Part shown: piece after piece, positions 1-9,412 of the stretch | Layout: every line of letters begins with the position of its first letter | How positions within the stretch are numbered: position 1 is the first letter of the stretch | Origin: Candidatus Jorgensenbacteria bacterium | GTDB taxonomy: Bacteria > Patescibacteriota > Minisyncoccia > UBA6257 > GWB1-50-10 | Length of the DNA: 64,000 nucleotides | Direction: 5' to 3' | NCBI GenBank assembly: GCA_011050075.1 | Contig: DRGK01000017.1 | Location: 39,838 to 103,837, forward strand | Notes under the pieces: model-generated | Told to the model about the DNA's origin: nothing | Seen by the model: only the letters and a program-made list of their open reading frames with translations | The model's database searches: none | Program-made: the position numbers and the translations under genes

Positions 1-63
1 TGTACTGACGGATATTGCTCAGACGTACCAGTTAGTGCTCGAGCGGAGTCCGCAATACCTTAA
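1..63 (+). CDS. 3' end of an upstream CDS that runs off the window edge; product unknown
   Basis: Frame open from position 1 to TAA at 61-63 (…SARAESAIP*); no start codon inside the window. Confidence 0.25.
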   Translation, partial: CTDGYCSDVPVSARAESAIP

Positions 64-72
64 CGTGAACCA

Positions 73-1674
73 ATGGGTTTCAGATTCTTCATATTAAGTT
101 CTATATTTTTTCTCCTGTACGGCGTGCTGGGTGTGAATCTGTATCAACTTCAGGTTGAGCAGGGAGATTACTATATTAAAAAGGTACGTGCGCGCACTGC
201 GTATCAGGAGGAGCTCTCGCTTAGGCGAGGGCAGATTTTTTTCACAGATCGTTATAAAAATAGCATTCCCGTCGCGCTCAATAAGGACTATCCAATTATT
301 TACGCAGTTCCAAAGGGAATGAATGACCCGGATACAGTCGCTGCGGCAATTGCTCCAATTGTTGAGCATAATATAGAACGTCTGCGGGAATTATTCAGCG
401 ATGATTCGCGACTATTTGTACCGCTCGCAGAAAAAGCGCGCGAAGAGCAGATTGCCAGTATTACTGAATTAAAACTCAGCGGGATATATATTAATAATAA
501 ACAGCACCGATTTTACCCATTTAAAAAACTCGCCGCGCAGGTCATAGGTTTTGTAGGTATTAATGAGAGTTTTGATGAACCAACGGGCCTGTACGGGTTA
601 GAGAAGCTATATAACGAAGATTTAACTAAAGGGGAAGACATATATCTCACGCTTGATCGTACACTGCAGGCTGAATCTGAAAAAATGCTGCGTGAATTAG
701 TGGAACGTTTTGATGCGTCCGGTGGCTCTATTATTATTCAGAACCCTCAAACCGGTGCGATTCTGACGATGGCTAACCACCCTGTTTTTGACCCCAATGA
801 ATACGGAGCATATCCGTTGAATGCATTTATAAACCCCGTTGTGCAGTACGTATATGAAGCCGGTTCGGTTTTTAAACCACTCACGATGTCTATCGGTATC
901 GATACGGGTGTACTTACGCCTAATACAACATATGTGGATGCGGGCAGCGTGACGTTGAATGGTAAAACTATTACGAACTGGGATAGTAAAGCGTACGGTA
1001 AAGTTACCATGACACGCGTTATTGAACGGTCCATAAACACCGGTGCCGTATTTGCGGTCCAACAAATAAACCGCAAACCTTTTATTCGTTATCTAAAAAA
1101 GTTTGGATTTGGCAGTAGAACGGATATTGCGTTGCCGGATGAGGTATTGGGAAGCTTAGCCAATTTAGAGAGGAAGTACGCGCGCGATATCGATTTTGCA
1201 ACCGCAGCGTTCGGCCAGGGTACTGCGGTAACACCGTTGCAACTCATTACTGCGTACGGAGTGCTCGCAAATGGTGGTGTGTTGATGCGGCCATATCTCA
1301 ATGAAGCAGAAGGTTCATACGTAGTAAGGAGGGTGCTGGACAGAGAATCCGCAGAGCAGGTGACACAAATGATGGAGTCTGCAGTTGAAAAAGCGGTTGT
1401 CGCTGCAATACCAGGATATCGAATTGCAGGTAAGACCGGTACAGCGCAAGTGCCTGATTTTGAACGCGGTGGGTACTCAGATACATATATACACACCTTC
1501 GTTGGTTTTGCGCCGGTGAGCAATCCACAGTTCATTATTCTTATTAAATTGGATAAACCTGGTGCGTCATTAGCAGGGCAGACGGTAGTACCCGCATTTC
1601 GTAATCTTGCTCAATTTACTCTCAACTACTATGGTATCCATCCTGATAATCTTCCTGAGGTGTCAATTGAATAA
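73..1674 (+). CDS. ftsI: Penicillin-binding protein 2 / FtsI-type peptidoglycan transpeptidase
   Basis: N-terminal TM anchor; SXXK (AGSVFKP), SXN (RSINTG) and KTG (AGKTGTAQ) transpeptidase motifs; sits in a division/cell-wall context with murF. Confidence 0.85.
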   Translation: MGFRFFILSSIFFLLYGVLGVNLYQLQVEQGDYYIKKVRARTAYQEELSLRRGQIFFTDRYKNSIPVALNKDYPIIYAVPKGMNDPDTVAAAIAPIVEHNIERLRELFSDDSRLFVPLAEKAREEQIASITELKLSGIYINNKQHRFYPFKKLAAQVIGFVGINESFDEPTGLYGLEKLYNEDLTKGEDIYLTLDRTLQAESEKMLRELVERFDASGGSIIIQNPQTGAILTMANHPVFDPNEYGAYPLNAFINPVVQYVYEAGSVFKPLTMSIGIDTGVLTPNTTYVDAGSVTLNGKTITNWDSKAYGKVTMTRVIERSINTGAVFAVQQINRKPFIRYLKKFGFGSRTDIALPDEVLGSLANLERKYARDIDFATAAFGQGTAVTPLQLITAYGVLANGGVLMRPYLNEAEGSYVVRRVLDRESAEQVTQMMESAVEKAVVAAIPGYRIAGKTGTAQVPDFERGGYSDTYIHTFVGFAPVSNPQFIILIKLDKPGASLAGQTVVPAFRNLAQFTLNYYGIHPDNLPEVSIE

Positions 1675-1676
1675 TT

Positions 1677-2978
1677 ATGAAAACCTTATTATTCACTATA
1701 CTGCGTTCAGTACTGCGATCACTCGCACGAGCTACGCTGTGGCGGTATAAGCCGACCGTTATTGGTGTTACGGGCAATGTTGGTAAAACGTCAACGAAAC
1801 TGGTGATAGAGACCGTATTAATACATGAGAAGCGCGTGAGAGCCTCATCAAGGAGTTTTAACAATGAACTTGGCCTGCCACTCACTATTCTTGGTTCATG
1901 GAAAACGACCGGTGGTGCACTTTTCTGGCTGCGAGTCATATTCTTCTCGTTTTTTCGGTTAATGATGAAGCGGTCGTCATATCCGGAGGTACTTGTGCTT
2001 GAGTATGGCGTTGATAAACCGGGTGATATGCAGTATCTACTGAGCATCGTTCGACCGCATATTGGTGTGGTTACTGCGATTGGAGATGTGCCGGTACATG
2101 TGGAGTTTTTCGCAGGGAAGGAGGCAATAGTGAAGGAGAAAGCAAAGTTGATACAACAATTGCCGGCGACGGGATTTGCATTACTGAATACAGATGATGT
2201 AGTTGTACAGAGTATGCGTGAGCAGACGCGGGCGCATGTGGTGACATTTGGGTTTGCGGAACAGGCTGATATGCACATTACGAACTTTGCCACATCGTTT
2301 GAAAATAAAATAGCGGCAGTAACGTTTAAACTACATTATGGTGGTAGCTTTATTCCTGTTCGTATTGAAGGTGTACTTGGCCGTCCACAAGGATACGCGG
2401 CTGCAGTAGCTGCGGCGATTGGACTTATCTTCGGCATGAACTTGGTGGACATTGCTGAAGCACTTGACGATTATCACGCACCGCCGGGGCGTTTAAGAGT
2501 GCTCCGCGGTGTTAAGGAAACTACGGTCATTGATGATACATATAATGCCTCGCCACTCGCAATGGAAGGAGCACTCGCGGCGCTTAAGGGAGTGAGAGCT
2601 AAGCGTAAAATTGCGGTGCTCGGTGATATGCTGGAGATAGGGAAGTACGCAATGGATGCGCACGAATCGTTAGGAAGAGTGGCAGCTAAATCAGCTCACA
2701 TACTGATTACGGTCGGTCGTCTCGGTAAGTTTATCGCGGAAGGAGCAAAGAAAGCAGGAATGCCTAAAAAGAACGTTGTGGAATTTGACAATATTCGTGA
2801 AGCCGGTTTATTCTTGCAGGGGAGACTTGAAAAGGGAGATGTTGTGCTGATTAAGGGTTCACAGGCCGTTCGTATGGAAAAGGTTGTGAAAGAAGTCATG
2901 GCAGAACCAAATCGAGCGGAACAACTACTGGTGCGGCAAGATAAGCGCTGGCTTGAAAAGAAGGGAAGTTATGAATAA
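1677..2978 (+). CDS. murF: UDP-N-acetylmuramoyl-tripeptide--D-alanyl-D-alanine ligase (Mur ligase, MurF type)
   Basis: Mur ligase P-loop GVTGNVGKTSTK; C-terminal DDTYNASP matches the MurF signature DDSYNAN rather than the MurE DYAHTP. Confidence 0.8.
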   Translation: MKTLLFTILRSVLRSLARATLWRYKPTVIGVTGNVGKTSTKLVIETVLIHEKRVRASSRSFNNELGLPLTILGSWKTTGGALFWLRVIFFSFFRLMMKRSSYPEVLVLEYGVDKPGDMQYLLSIVRPHIGVVTAIGDVPVHVEFFAGKEAIVKEKAKLIQQLPATGFALLNTDDVVVQSMREQTRAHVVTFGFAEQADMHITNFATSFENKIAAVTFKLHYGGSFIPVRIEGVLGRPQGYAAAVAAAIGLIFGMNLVDIAEALDDYHAPPGRLRVLRGVKETTVIDDTYNASPLAMEGALAALKGVRAKRKIAVLGDMLEIGKYAMDAHESLGRVAAKSAHILITVGRLGKFIAEGAKKAGMPKKNVVEFDNIREAGLFLQGRLEKGDVVLIKGSQAVRMEKVVKEVMAEPNRAEQLLVRQDKRWLEKKGSYE

Positions 2979-2980
2979 GA

Positions 2981-3053
2981 GGCCCCATCGTCTAGTGGCT
3001 TAGGACGCTGCCCTCTCACGGCAGAAACCGGGGTTCGACTCCCCGTGGGGTCA
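2981..3053 (+). tRNA. tRNA-Glu (anticodon CTC)
   Basis: Cloverleaf: acceptor GGCCCCA/TGGGGTC, anticodon loop CTCTCAC, T-loop GGTTCGACTCC; no encoded CCA. Confidence 0.85.
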
Positions 3054-3060
3054 CAGTCAT

Positions 3061-3091
3061 AAAAACAGCTCAATCTACTGAGCTGTTTTTT
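3061..3091 (+). terminator. Rho-independent terminator
   Basis: aaaaaCAGCTCAatctacTGAGCTGtttttt hairpin with a U-tract directly after tRNA-Glu. Confidence 0.7.
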
Positions 3092-3107
3092 GATTTTTGA
3101 GCGCTGA

Positions 3108-3464
3108 TTGAGGATAATGATAACTATGAGAGCTATACTACAAGACAGGACACTTCTTATATTTATTGGGCTCACATTCGCGTTTTTGCTGGCGAGTGTG
3201 ATACTGGTCTACGTATATATTAATAACTTGTCATATCCTCTGGTCTTACACTTCAATCCATACTATGGCGTTGATCTCATGGGCGCGTCAATTGATGTGT
3301 GGGGAATAATTATTATGGGAGCAGTTGTCATTGGTGTTAATATGGCGGTGGGTGCTATGCTCTTTTATCGTGAGCGTATCATGACACATATATTGGGAGC
3401 GGTAAGTGTTATGGTCGCGCTCTTAACCTTGATTAGCGTGGGGAACATTATTGCACTCAACTAA
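3108..3464 (+). CDS. Small integral membrane protein (3 predicted TM helices), hypothetical
   Basis: 118-aa ORF, hydrophobic segments, overlaps the rmuC start (operon-like). Confidence 0.5.
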   Translation: MRIMITMRAILQDRTLLIFIGLTFAFLLASVILVYVYINNLSYPLVLHFNPYYGVDLMGASIDVWGIIIMGAVVIGVNMAVGAMLFYRERIMTHILGAVSVMVALLTLISVGNIIALN

Positions 3465-4494
3465 TACTATGAATGTAGAAACATTGCTCATCATCGTACT
3501 TTCAGCAGTCATACTGGGTTTTGGTGGATTGTTTTACGTGCTTCTATATCGGCGCAATGAAAAACCAAAGGAAAACGAACAGCCATTTTTACTGTTACAG
3601 AATGAGATGCAGGACATTAGGAAGACGATGCGTGAGACACTTGAGACACAGTTTGGGGAATCAAAGAAGCTTATTAAAGATGTTACGAAGCAGCTTACCG
3701 AGGTGCAGGAAACAAACAAACAGGTATTTAATATTACTGACCAGCTGCGCAATCTTGAGCAGGTATTCAAGAATCAGAAGCAGCGGGGGAGTATTGGTGA
3801 AGCGGGACTGGAGCTTGTACTGAGCAACACATTATCTCCGGACGCATATGAGATGCAGCACACTTTTTCTAATGGTACGGTGGTTGATGCGGTTATCATA
3901 ACAAAAGAGGGTATGATCCCGGTTGATGCAAAGTTTTCTCTGGACAACTATATCCGTATTATGGAAGAGGAAGACGAGGAGAAGCGGAAGGTTCTTGAAA
4001 AGGAGTTCAGGAATGACCTCAAGAGACGGATTGACGAAACGGCAAAGTATATACAACCAAAGGAAGGAACGCTTCCGTTTGCATTTATGTATATACCGGC
4101 AGAGCCGATATACTATGATCTACTGGTCAATAAAATTGGTGCGATCAAGTCAAACACGAGGAGCTTGATCGATTACGCGTATATTGATAAGCATGTGATG
4201 GTCGTTTCACCTACGACTTTCTCAGCATATCTGCAGTCGGTGCTGTATGGTTTCCGCGCTTTTAAGATTGAGGAGTCAGCAAAAGAGATTGGGAAAAGTG
4301 TTGAAAAACTTGGACGGCATATCGGTGCGTATGAAGAGTACTATCGAAAACTTGGTAATTCATTAGGGACGACGGTAAGCCACTATAACGCTGCATACAA
4401 AGAATTGAAGAAGATCGATAAAGACGTGCTGCGTATCTCAAGTACGTCTGCAGAAATAGAACCATTGGAGCTGGAAAAACCACAAGAAGAATAA
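3451..4494 (+). CDS. rmuC: DNA recombination protein RmuC
   Basis: N-terminal TM, long coiled-coil (EMQDIRKTMRETLETQ…), C-terminal RmuC-like domain (…YIDKHVMVVSPTTFSAYLQSV…). Confidence 0.65.
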   Translation: MHSTNTMNVETLLIIVLSAVILGFGGLFYVLLYRRNEKPKENEQPFLLLQNEMQDIRKTMRETLETQFGESKKLIKDVTKQLTEVQETNKQVFNITDQLRNLEQVFKNQKQRGSIGEAGLELVLSNTLSPDAYEMQHTFSNGTVVDAVIITKEGMIPVDAKFSLDNYIRIMEEEDEEKRKVLEKEFRNDLKRRIDETAKYIQPKEGTLPFAFMYIPAEPIYYDLLVNKIGAIKSNTRSLIDYAYIDKHVMVVSPTTFSAYLQSVLYGFRAFKIEESAKEIGKSVEKLGRHIGAYEEYYRKLGNSLGTTVSHYNAAYKELKKIDKDVLRISSTSAEIEPLELEKPQEE

Positions 4495-4511
4495 CGGCAG
4501 CGTTTTAAAGT

Positions 4512-5177
4512 ATGCGCAGTCGAGAAGATATACTACAAAAGAAGTGGCAGCGATTGTTACAGCACCGGAGATTTTTTCACCTCATTCCATTTATTGATTT
4601 TGTACTTGTTTCCGGTTCTATGGCACTCGGCACAGCTCGTGAAGAGTCGGACTTTGATGTCATTGTGGGTGCCCGCACAGGCAGAATATTTACGGTCCGG
4701 TTCTTTTGCGTGGTTGTGTTTGAGCTCGCCGGCGTGCGACGCGCTCGCGCTGATCATCGTGGGAACGTCAAGGATAAAGTATGCTTTAATCATTTCGTGG
4801 CACCCGGCGGTTACGTACTGGCATCACCGCGCAACGAGTACTCGGAAGTGATGTACCGGAACCTCGTGCCGCTGTACGGCGATAAGCAAAAGATCAGCAA
4901 GTTCGTAAAGGCGAACGTGTGGGTGCGACGCAGTAGGAAGGTCGACTACGCACGGCATCTGATCGGGAGACTAAATCTCGTCAGTCGTGTGCTGATGATA
5001 GCGCTCGGCGGCAGGGCGGGCGACGCCATTGAGCGAACACTTAAGCGGTATCAGATACACCGTATCGCGAAATATAAGAGGCGTCTTGGAGATTCACTGC
5101 ACATCATTTGCACCGATGACGTCATTCAGTTCCACCCGATGCACAAACACATTAGCACGGGCAGCGTTTCTGATTAG
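4512..5177 (+). CDS. Nucleotidyltransferase-domain protein (Pol-beta-like NTase fold), GC-rich, likely horizontally acquired
   Basis: GS…DxD motif (VSGSMALGTAREESDFDVIV); local GC ~52% versus ~40% in flanking genes. Confidence 0.55.
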   Translation: MRSREDILQKKWQRLLQHRRFFHLIPFIDFVLVSGSMALGTAREESDFDVIVGARTGRIFTVRFFCVVVFELAGVRRARADHRGNVKDKVCFNHFVAPGGYVLASPRNEYSEVMYRNLVPLYGDKQKISKFVKANVWVRRSRKVDYARHLIGRLNLVSRVLMIALGGRAGDAIERTLKRYQIHRIAKYKRRLGDSLHIICTDDVIQFHPMHKHISTGSVSD

Positions 5178-6229
5178 AGCCAGTCATTTTTCTTGAAAAG
5201 AGCGAGGAGAATAATGATGATTGTAACGGTCACCGTTACGATACCTGCGAATGCCCACGAGACATCTTGGTAAGGGAGGCGCACGTTCATTCCATACAAA
5301 CTCGCAATGATCGTTGGGACGGTCAGAATAATGGTGAGTGCAGTCAAGAGCTTGATAGTTCGGTTCAGATTATGCGTCATAATCGTGGAATATGAATTGC
5401 GAATATTCACAATATTTTTCATATTGTGTTTACAAAGTTCAATCAATTCACCCGTTCCGAGCATAAGGTCTTCTACTAAGTCTTTATCTTCTTCATAGAG
5501 CCTAAGGTAGGCACCAGCGAGCATTTTTTGCAAGGCAGCATTCGTGGGAATAAGTGCAGAAAGAAAATCATTCAGAATCTCTTCTTGGTTTACGAACTCA
5601 ACAATATCATGACTCTTGATCTTTGAGAGATGTGCTTTCGTTGTGCGGACCTGCCGGTTGATCTTGGTAAGTAGGCTGCTATACCGTTTGTTAATGGCAG
5701 AGAATATATGTATGAGAAATTTCGTTTTTTGTGTGGTATAGAACTCGACAGTACCATCTATAAACGGTTCTAAAAACGCGAGTTTCTTACGTGACAGGGT
5801 AAGGGTAAACTTGTCTCCAATAGCAATAAGAAGCGGCACGGTTATAATACCCCCATCTTCTTTATCGGGTACTCGCGTATAAATGTAGGTGATTCCATCT
5901 TCTCGTTCCATACGAGGCACCTCGTATGGGTCAAGAGCGTCGGTGAGAAGTCCTTTGTCTAACTTGAGATCTTTTGCAAGAATGTCTATCTCATCCGTGG
6001 TGGGGTTTTCAGCATATATCCAGGAACCCACCTTAAACTGTCGCTCATATATTTTGAGTTCCTTATCTTTTAGGTTGCGGTAAAGTATTTTAATCATTGA
6101 TTCTGTTACCAGTTTATCTGAGGTATTGTAACAACGCAATGTAGTATGTATCGCTTTGTTATCACAGGAAAATAGGATATCATGAAGTAGCAAAGGTCGC
6201 TTGCTTAATACCTTAAAATTTAGCACCAT
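5174..6229 (-). CDS. corA: Magnesium/cobalt transporter CorA
   Basis: C-terminal two TM helices with the YGMN signature (ASLYGMNVRLP). The annotated start at 6229 overlaps a divergent small ORF; Met45 (start ~6097) is the more plausible start. Confidence 0.85.
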   Translation of the reverse strand: MVLNFKVLSKRPLLLHDILFSCDNKAIHTTLRCYNTSDKLVTESMIKILYRNLKDKELKIYERQFKVGSWIYAENPTTDEIDILAKDLKLDKGLLTDALDPYEVPRMEREDGITYIYTRVPDKEDGGIITVPLLIAIGDKFTLTLSRKKLAFLEPFIDGTVEFYTTQKTKFLIHIFSAINKRYSSLLTKINRQVRTTKAHLSKIKSHDIVEFVNQEEILNDFLSALIPTNAALQKMLAGAYLRLYEEDKDLVEDLMLGTGELIELCKHNMKNIVNIRNSYSTIMTHNLNRTIKLLTALTIILTVPTIIASLYGMNVRLPYQDVSWAFAGIVTVTVTIIIILLALFKKNDWL

Positions 6230-6383
6230 GACTCATTACACATGTTCAGGAGAATGTAAGAGTGTTTCTGATGTTTCGGGTACATGCCAGTCAGACGGTT
6301 GTAAGATGAACGGACAACCGCTTGCTGAGTGCAGCTGCGATGATAGTAGTCACGCTAATGCATCGGAGAATTCTCAGGAATAG
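6228..6383 (+). CDS. Small cysteine/histidine-rich peptide (51 aa), possible metal-binding (metallothionein-like)
   Basis: MTHYTCSGECKSVSDVSGTCQSDGCKMNGQPLAECSCDDSSH…; 6 Cys in 51 aa; followed by hairpin AGGGGTG…CACCCCT at 6399-6426. Confidence 0.3.
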   Translation: MTHYTCSGECKSVSDVSGTCQSDGCKMNGQPLAECSCDDSSHANASENSQE

Positions 6384-6433
6384 TATAAAAATATAGATAG
6401 GGGTGTGTTACTGAATATGCACCCCTTTAGTGT

Positions 6434-7615
6434 ATGCGCTTACTGCACCATCAATACTACTTTCACTTATTTACGCTGCGTAATAAGGAGATAGACGCGC
6501 TCTATATTGCATTAGCGCTTATTAACTTCGCAGTCGGACTTATTAGCATCTTTGTACCCGTGTATTTTTGGGAACTTGGTATTCCGCTGTGGCAGATCAT
6601 CTTCTTCTATTTTCTGCGGGCAGTTTATTATGTCGCTCTGACATTTTTATTGCTCCCGATTATTAAACGGCTGAGCGATAAGATCATGATGTTTTTGGGA
6701 ATTCCGTTCTTAGTTTTGTACTTCATTGGTCTCGGTTTTATGGATGGTACCACATGGTTGTTTTATGTACTGCCGGCAGCGCTTGCGCTCTACGCGCTGT
6801 TTTTTAATGTTGGATACCACATGGACTTTTCTCTGTCGGCTGATGATGGGCGTATTGGAGAAGAGGTTGGCTTAGGTATGGCCATTATCGGTATTTTAAA
6901 GTTTGCCACCCCGTTTTTGGGTGGATTACTGATACTTTTTGTAGGCTTTTCAGGTACTTTTGTAGTCGCGAGTAGTATTCTGCTGCTTGCAGTGATCCCG
7001 TTCTTTTTCATAAAAGGGCGTAAGTTTTCGCCCGATATCAGTGTATCTTCTGTTATAGATACACTGCGTGATAAAACATTTAAATATTTTCATATCGCAA
7101 TGGTTGGGTATGTTATTAATGCCGTTGGTACGGGAGTACTATGGCCACTGTTTCTATTTTTCATCATCGGCAGTATAGAAGGTCTGGGAGGATTGATCTC
7201 ATTGGGCTTACTCCTTGGTGTAGCAACCACGTTCGTGGTTGGTAAACTGGCAGATAAGCATATGGGAAGGGGGATTATGTCAGCGGCTGCTATCGGTGAG
7301 GCTGTGGTATGGTTCGTGCGAGCGGTAACGCAGCAGTTTCCGGTGGTTGTCGGCAGCCACATTGCCAGCGCAATGTTTAAGGATGCACTGTTGCCGATAT
7401 GGACGCGAACATACTACACACTACTGCGCACAAAAAAGAAGTTGGGTATGTACGTACTCGGGCAGGAGGCATCATACAACATTATTCGAATGGTGGTACA
7501 TCCCATTCTGATGTTGATGGCGTATATATTGCCGTTGGACCAGTTCTTTACCGTTTCGTTTTTACTCATAGGTGCTGCATCATTTCTCTTTATGGCGATA
7601 AATCACAGCTCGTAG
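6434..7615 (+). CDS. Polytopic membrane protein, MFS-like transporter
   Basis: 393 aa with ~10-12 hydrophobic helices; no catalytic motifs. Confidence 0.5.
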   Translation: MRLLHHQYYFHLFTLRNKEIDALYIALALINFAVGLISIFVPVYFWELGIPLWQIIFFYFLRAVYYVALTFLLLPIIKRLSDKIMMFLGIPFLVLYFIGLGFMDGTTWLFYVLPAALALYALFFNVGYHMDFSLSADDGRIGEEVGLGMAIIGILKFATPFLGGLLILFVGFSGTFVVASSILLLAVIPFFFIKGRKFSPDISVSSVIDTLRDKTFKYFHIAMVGYVINAVGTGVLWPLFLFFIIGSIEGLGGLISLGLLLGVATTFVVGKLADKHMGRGIMSAAAIGEAVVWFVRAVTQQFPVVVGSHIASAMFKDALLPIWTRTYYTLLRTKKKLGMYVLGQEASYNIIRMVVHPILMLMAYILPLDQFFTVSFLLIGAASFLFMAINHSS

Positions 7616-7945
7616 CGTAGTATTGTATAGTAAAAACCTGTTCTCAGAGTGTCAAATATTAGAGCACTGAGATATTGGTAGCTTAGCGGTTACTATTTAT
7701 GATATAATACGGTTCTCACTTGGTTCTTTTACAAAAAAGTAGCATAGGGAGTTGTGTATGATACCATGGAGTGTGCGTTGTATACTCGCGGGCCTTGAGC
7801 CGCAATTACAAATGGTTTTACCCGCCCGCAGGTTTCAACTGGTAAACTGCGATATCGGCATAATAATGATTAGCGAGAGGATGAGAAATCATCACGACAG
7901 ACGTCCAAAGGCGATAGGTAAGAAGCGCCGCATCTAACAAAATTT

Positions 7946-7975
7946 TGCCCGAGAGTATAGCACTCTCGGGCTTTT
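7946..7975. terminator. Intrinsic terminator hairpin (bidirectional context)
   Basis: GCCCGAGAGTatagcACTCTCGGGCttttt, with an A/T run on the other side; lies at the 3' end of rarA. Confidence 0.6.
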
Positions 7976-7981
7976 TATATA

Positions 7982-9115
7982 TTATTCAGATTTTAGATAC
8001 TTTTTGTCTTTGAGCTTTTTTGGCAATAAACTTTCCTTCGTGTATTTTTCATATCCCTTTCCATACCCGATATCTTTCATAAGTTTGGTGGGTGCATTTC
8101 GCACTTCCATTGGAATAGGTAGGTTCTTATACTGTTTGACGTCTTTTGCTGCTAACTGGTATGCCTCGTACGCACCTCTGTTCTTTTTGCACTTGGAAAG
8201 ATAAACCGTGCCGTGTGCGAGATTGATAGCACACTCCGGAAGTCCAATGATCTCAACTGCGCGGAATACATCGTTTGCAATCACGAGCGCCGCTGGATTG
8301 GTCAAACTTACATCCTCGCTCGCGAAGATAACCATCCGGCGGGCGATAAACTTTGGGTCTTCTCCGGCATCAATCATGCGTGCCAGATAGTAGAGTGCCG
8401 CGTCGGGCTGGCTTGCTCGCATGCTCTTAATGTATGCACTAATCGTATTGTAGTGTTCATCTCCCTTCTTGTCGTAACGGATGTGTTCGGACTGCACTGC
8501 TTCGCGCAGGATTTCAATTGTTACCGTATCATGCAGTTGTGATGTGTGGTCGAGTACAGTAAGTGCCTGCCGAGCATCACCGTTCGCAACGCGGATAAGC
8601 CAGTCGCGTGCATCCGTGTTAAGTTTAATACCCGACCGGTCAATAATCTTACCCATTGCCTCTTCGGACAGTTCGTGTAGGACGAATACACGACATCGAG
8701 ACAAAAGCGGTGCGATGACTTCAAAGCTTGGATTTTCAGTGGTAGCTCCGATAAGGGTTAGTTCTCCGTTCTCAACATACGGCAGGAGAAAGTCCTGCTG
8801 TGCTTTATTAAACCGGTGAATTTCATCCAAAAAGAGTACTTTCGGACGGTCGCCGATATTCTCCTGTAAGATTTTCCGTATATCCGCCTTGCCGGCCGAG
8901 ACGGCAGAGTGTTCGTAGAACTTCGCATCAAGCGCGTTCGCATAGATACGGGCAAGCGTTGTTTTTCCCACACCCGGAGGACCCCATAAAATAAATGAGA
9001 ACAGATGTTTTTGTTCTGTAGCATTCCGGAGTGGCTTTCCTTTTCCTACCAGGTGTTCCTGACCAATGAGTTCATTTAGAGTTTTTGGTCTAATACGAGA
9101 CGCGAGTGGTTCCAT
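7982..9115 (-). CDS. rarA: Replication-associated recombination protein A (AAA+ ATPase RarA/MgsA)
   Basis: N-terminus MEPLASRIRPKTLNELIGQEHL; Walker A GPPGVGKTT; RarA/WRNIP-like C-terminal domain. Confidence 0.85.
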   Translation of the reverse strand: MEPLASRIRPKTLNELIGQEHLVGKGKPLRNATEQKHLFSFILWGPPGVGKTTLARIYANALDAKFYEHSAVSAGKADIRKILQENIGDRPKVLFLDEIHRFNKAQQDFLLPYVENGELTLIGATTENPSFEVIAPLLSRCRVFVLHELSEEAMGKIIDRSGIKLNTDARDWLIRVANGDARQALTVLDHTSQLHDTVTIEILREAVQSEHIRYDKKGDEHYNTISAYIKSMRASQPDAALYYLARMIDAGEDPKFIARRMVIFASEDVSLTNPAALVIANDVFRAVEIIGLPECAINLAHGTVYLSKCKKNRGAYEAYQLAAKDVKQYKNLPIPMEVRNAPTKLMKDIGYGKGYEKYTKESLLPKKLKDKKYLKSE

Positions 9116-9412
9116 GTTTATAGTATGTATCTAAAACAAAACCAGCTCAAATAAAATCTAACGGCTCAGCTCAGGTGAGCCGATAAAAGTCAAAGCAAGC
9201 CCCTAACTTGTGGTTAGGGGCTTAGTTTGGGAGGACTACTCCCACCGGCAAGCAAGCTGGTTATTGGCGATGTTCCGGGTGACGTGAACGATAGGTACGA
9301 GAACTTGGAGGTGATCTCATAAGACGTTCTCCTATCAGGTTATCAGGGTTTATCGGTTGTCAACGTACATAGTACAAGGAGGTACTGTGTATGTTCATTA
9401 TAGCATATATTT

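Noticed and set aside
1622-2293. 223-aa ORF antisense to murF (and other antisense ORFs such as 1089..1535 and 697..1065 inside ftsI)
   Set aside because: Embedded in confidently assigned genes on the other strand, with no motifs; spurious open frames.
7752-7937. 61-aa ORF in the GC-rich intergenic stretch before rarA
   Set aside because: No RBS, odd composition and no motif; more likely non-coding (noted as a possible RNA region instead).
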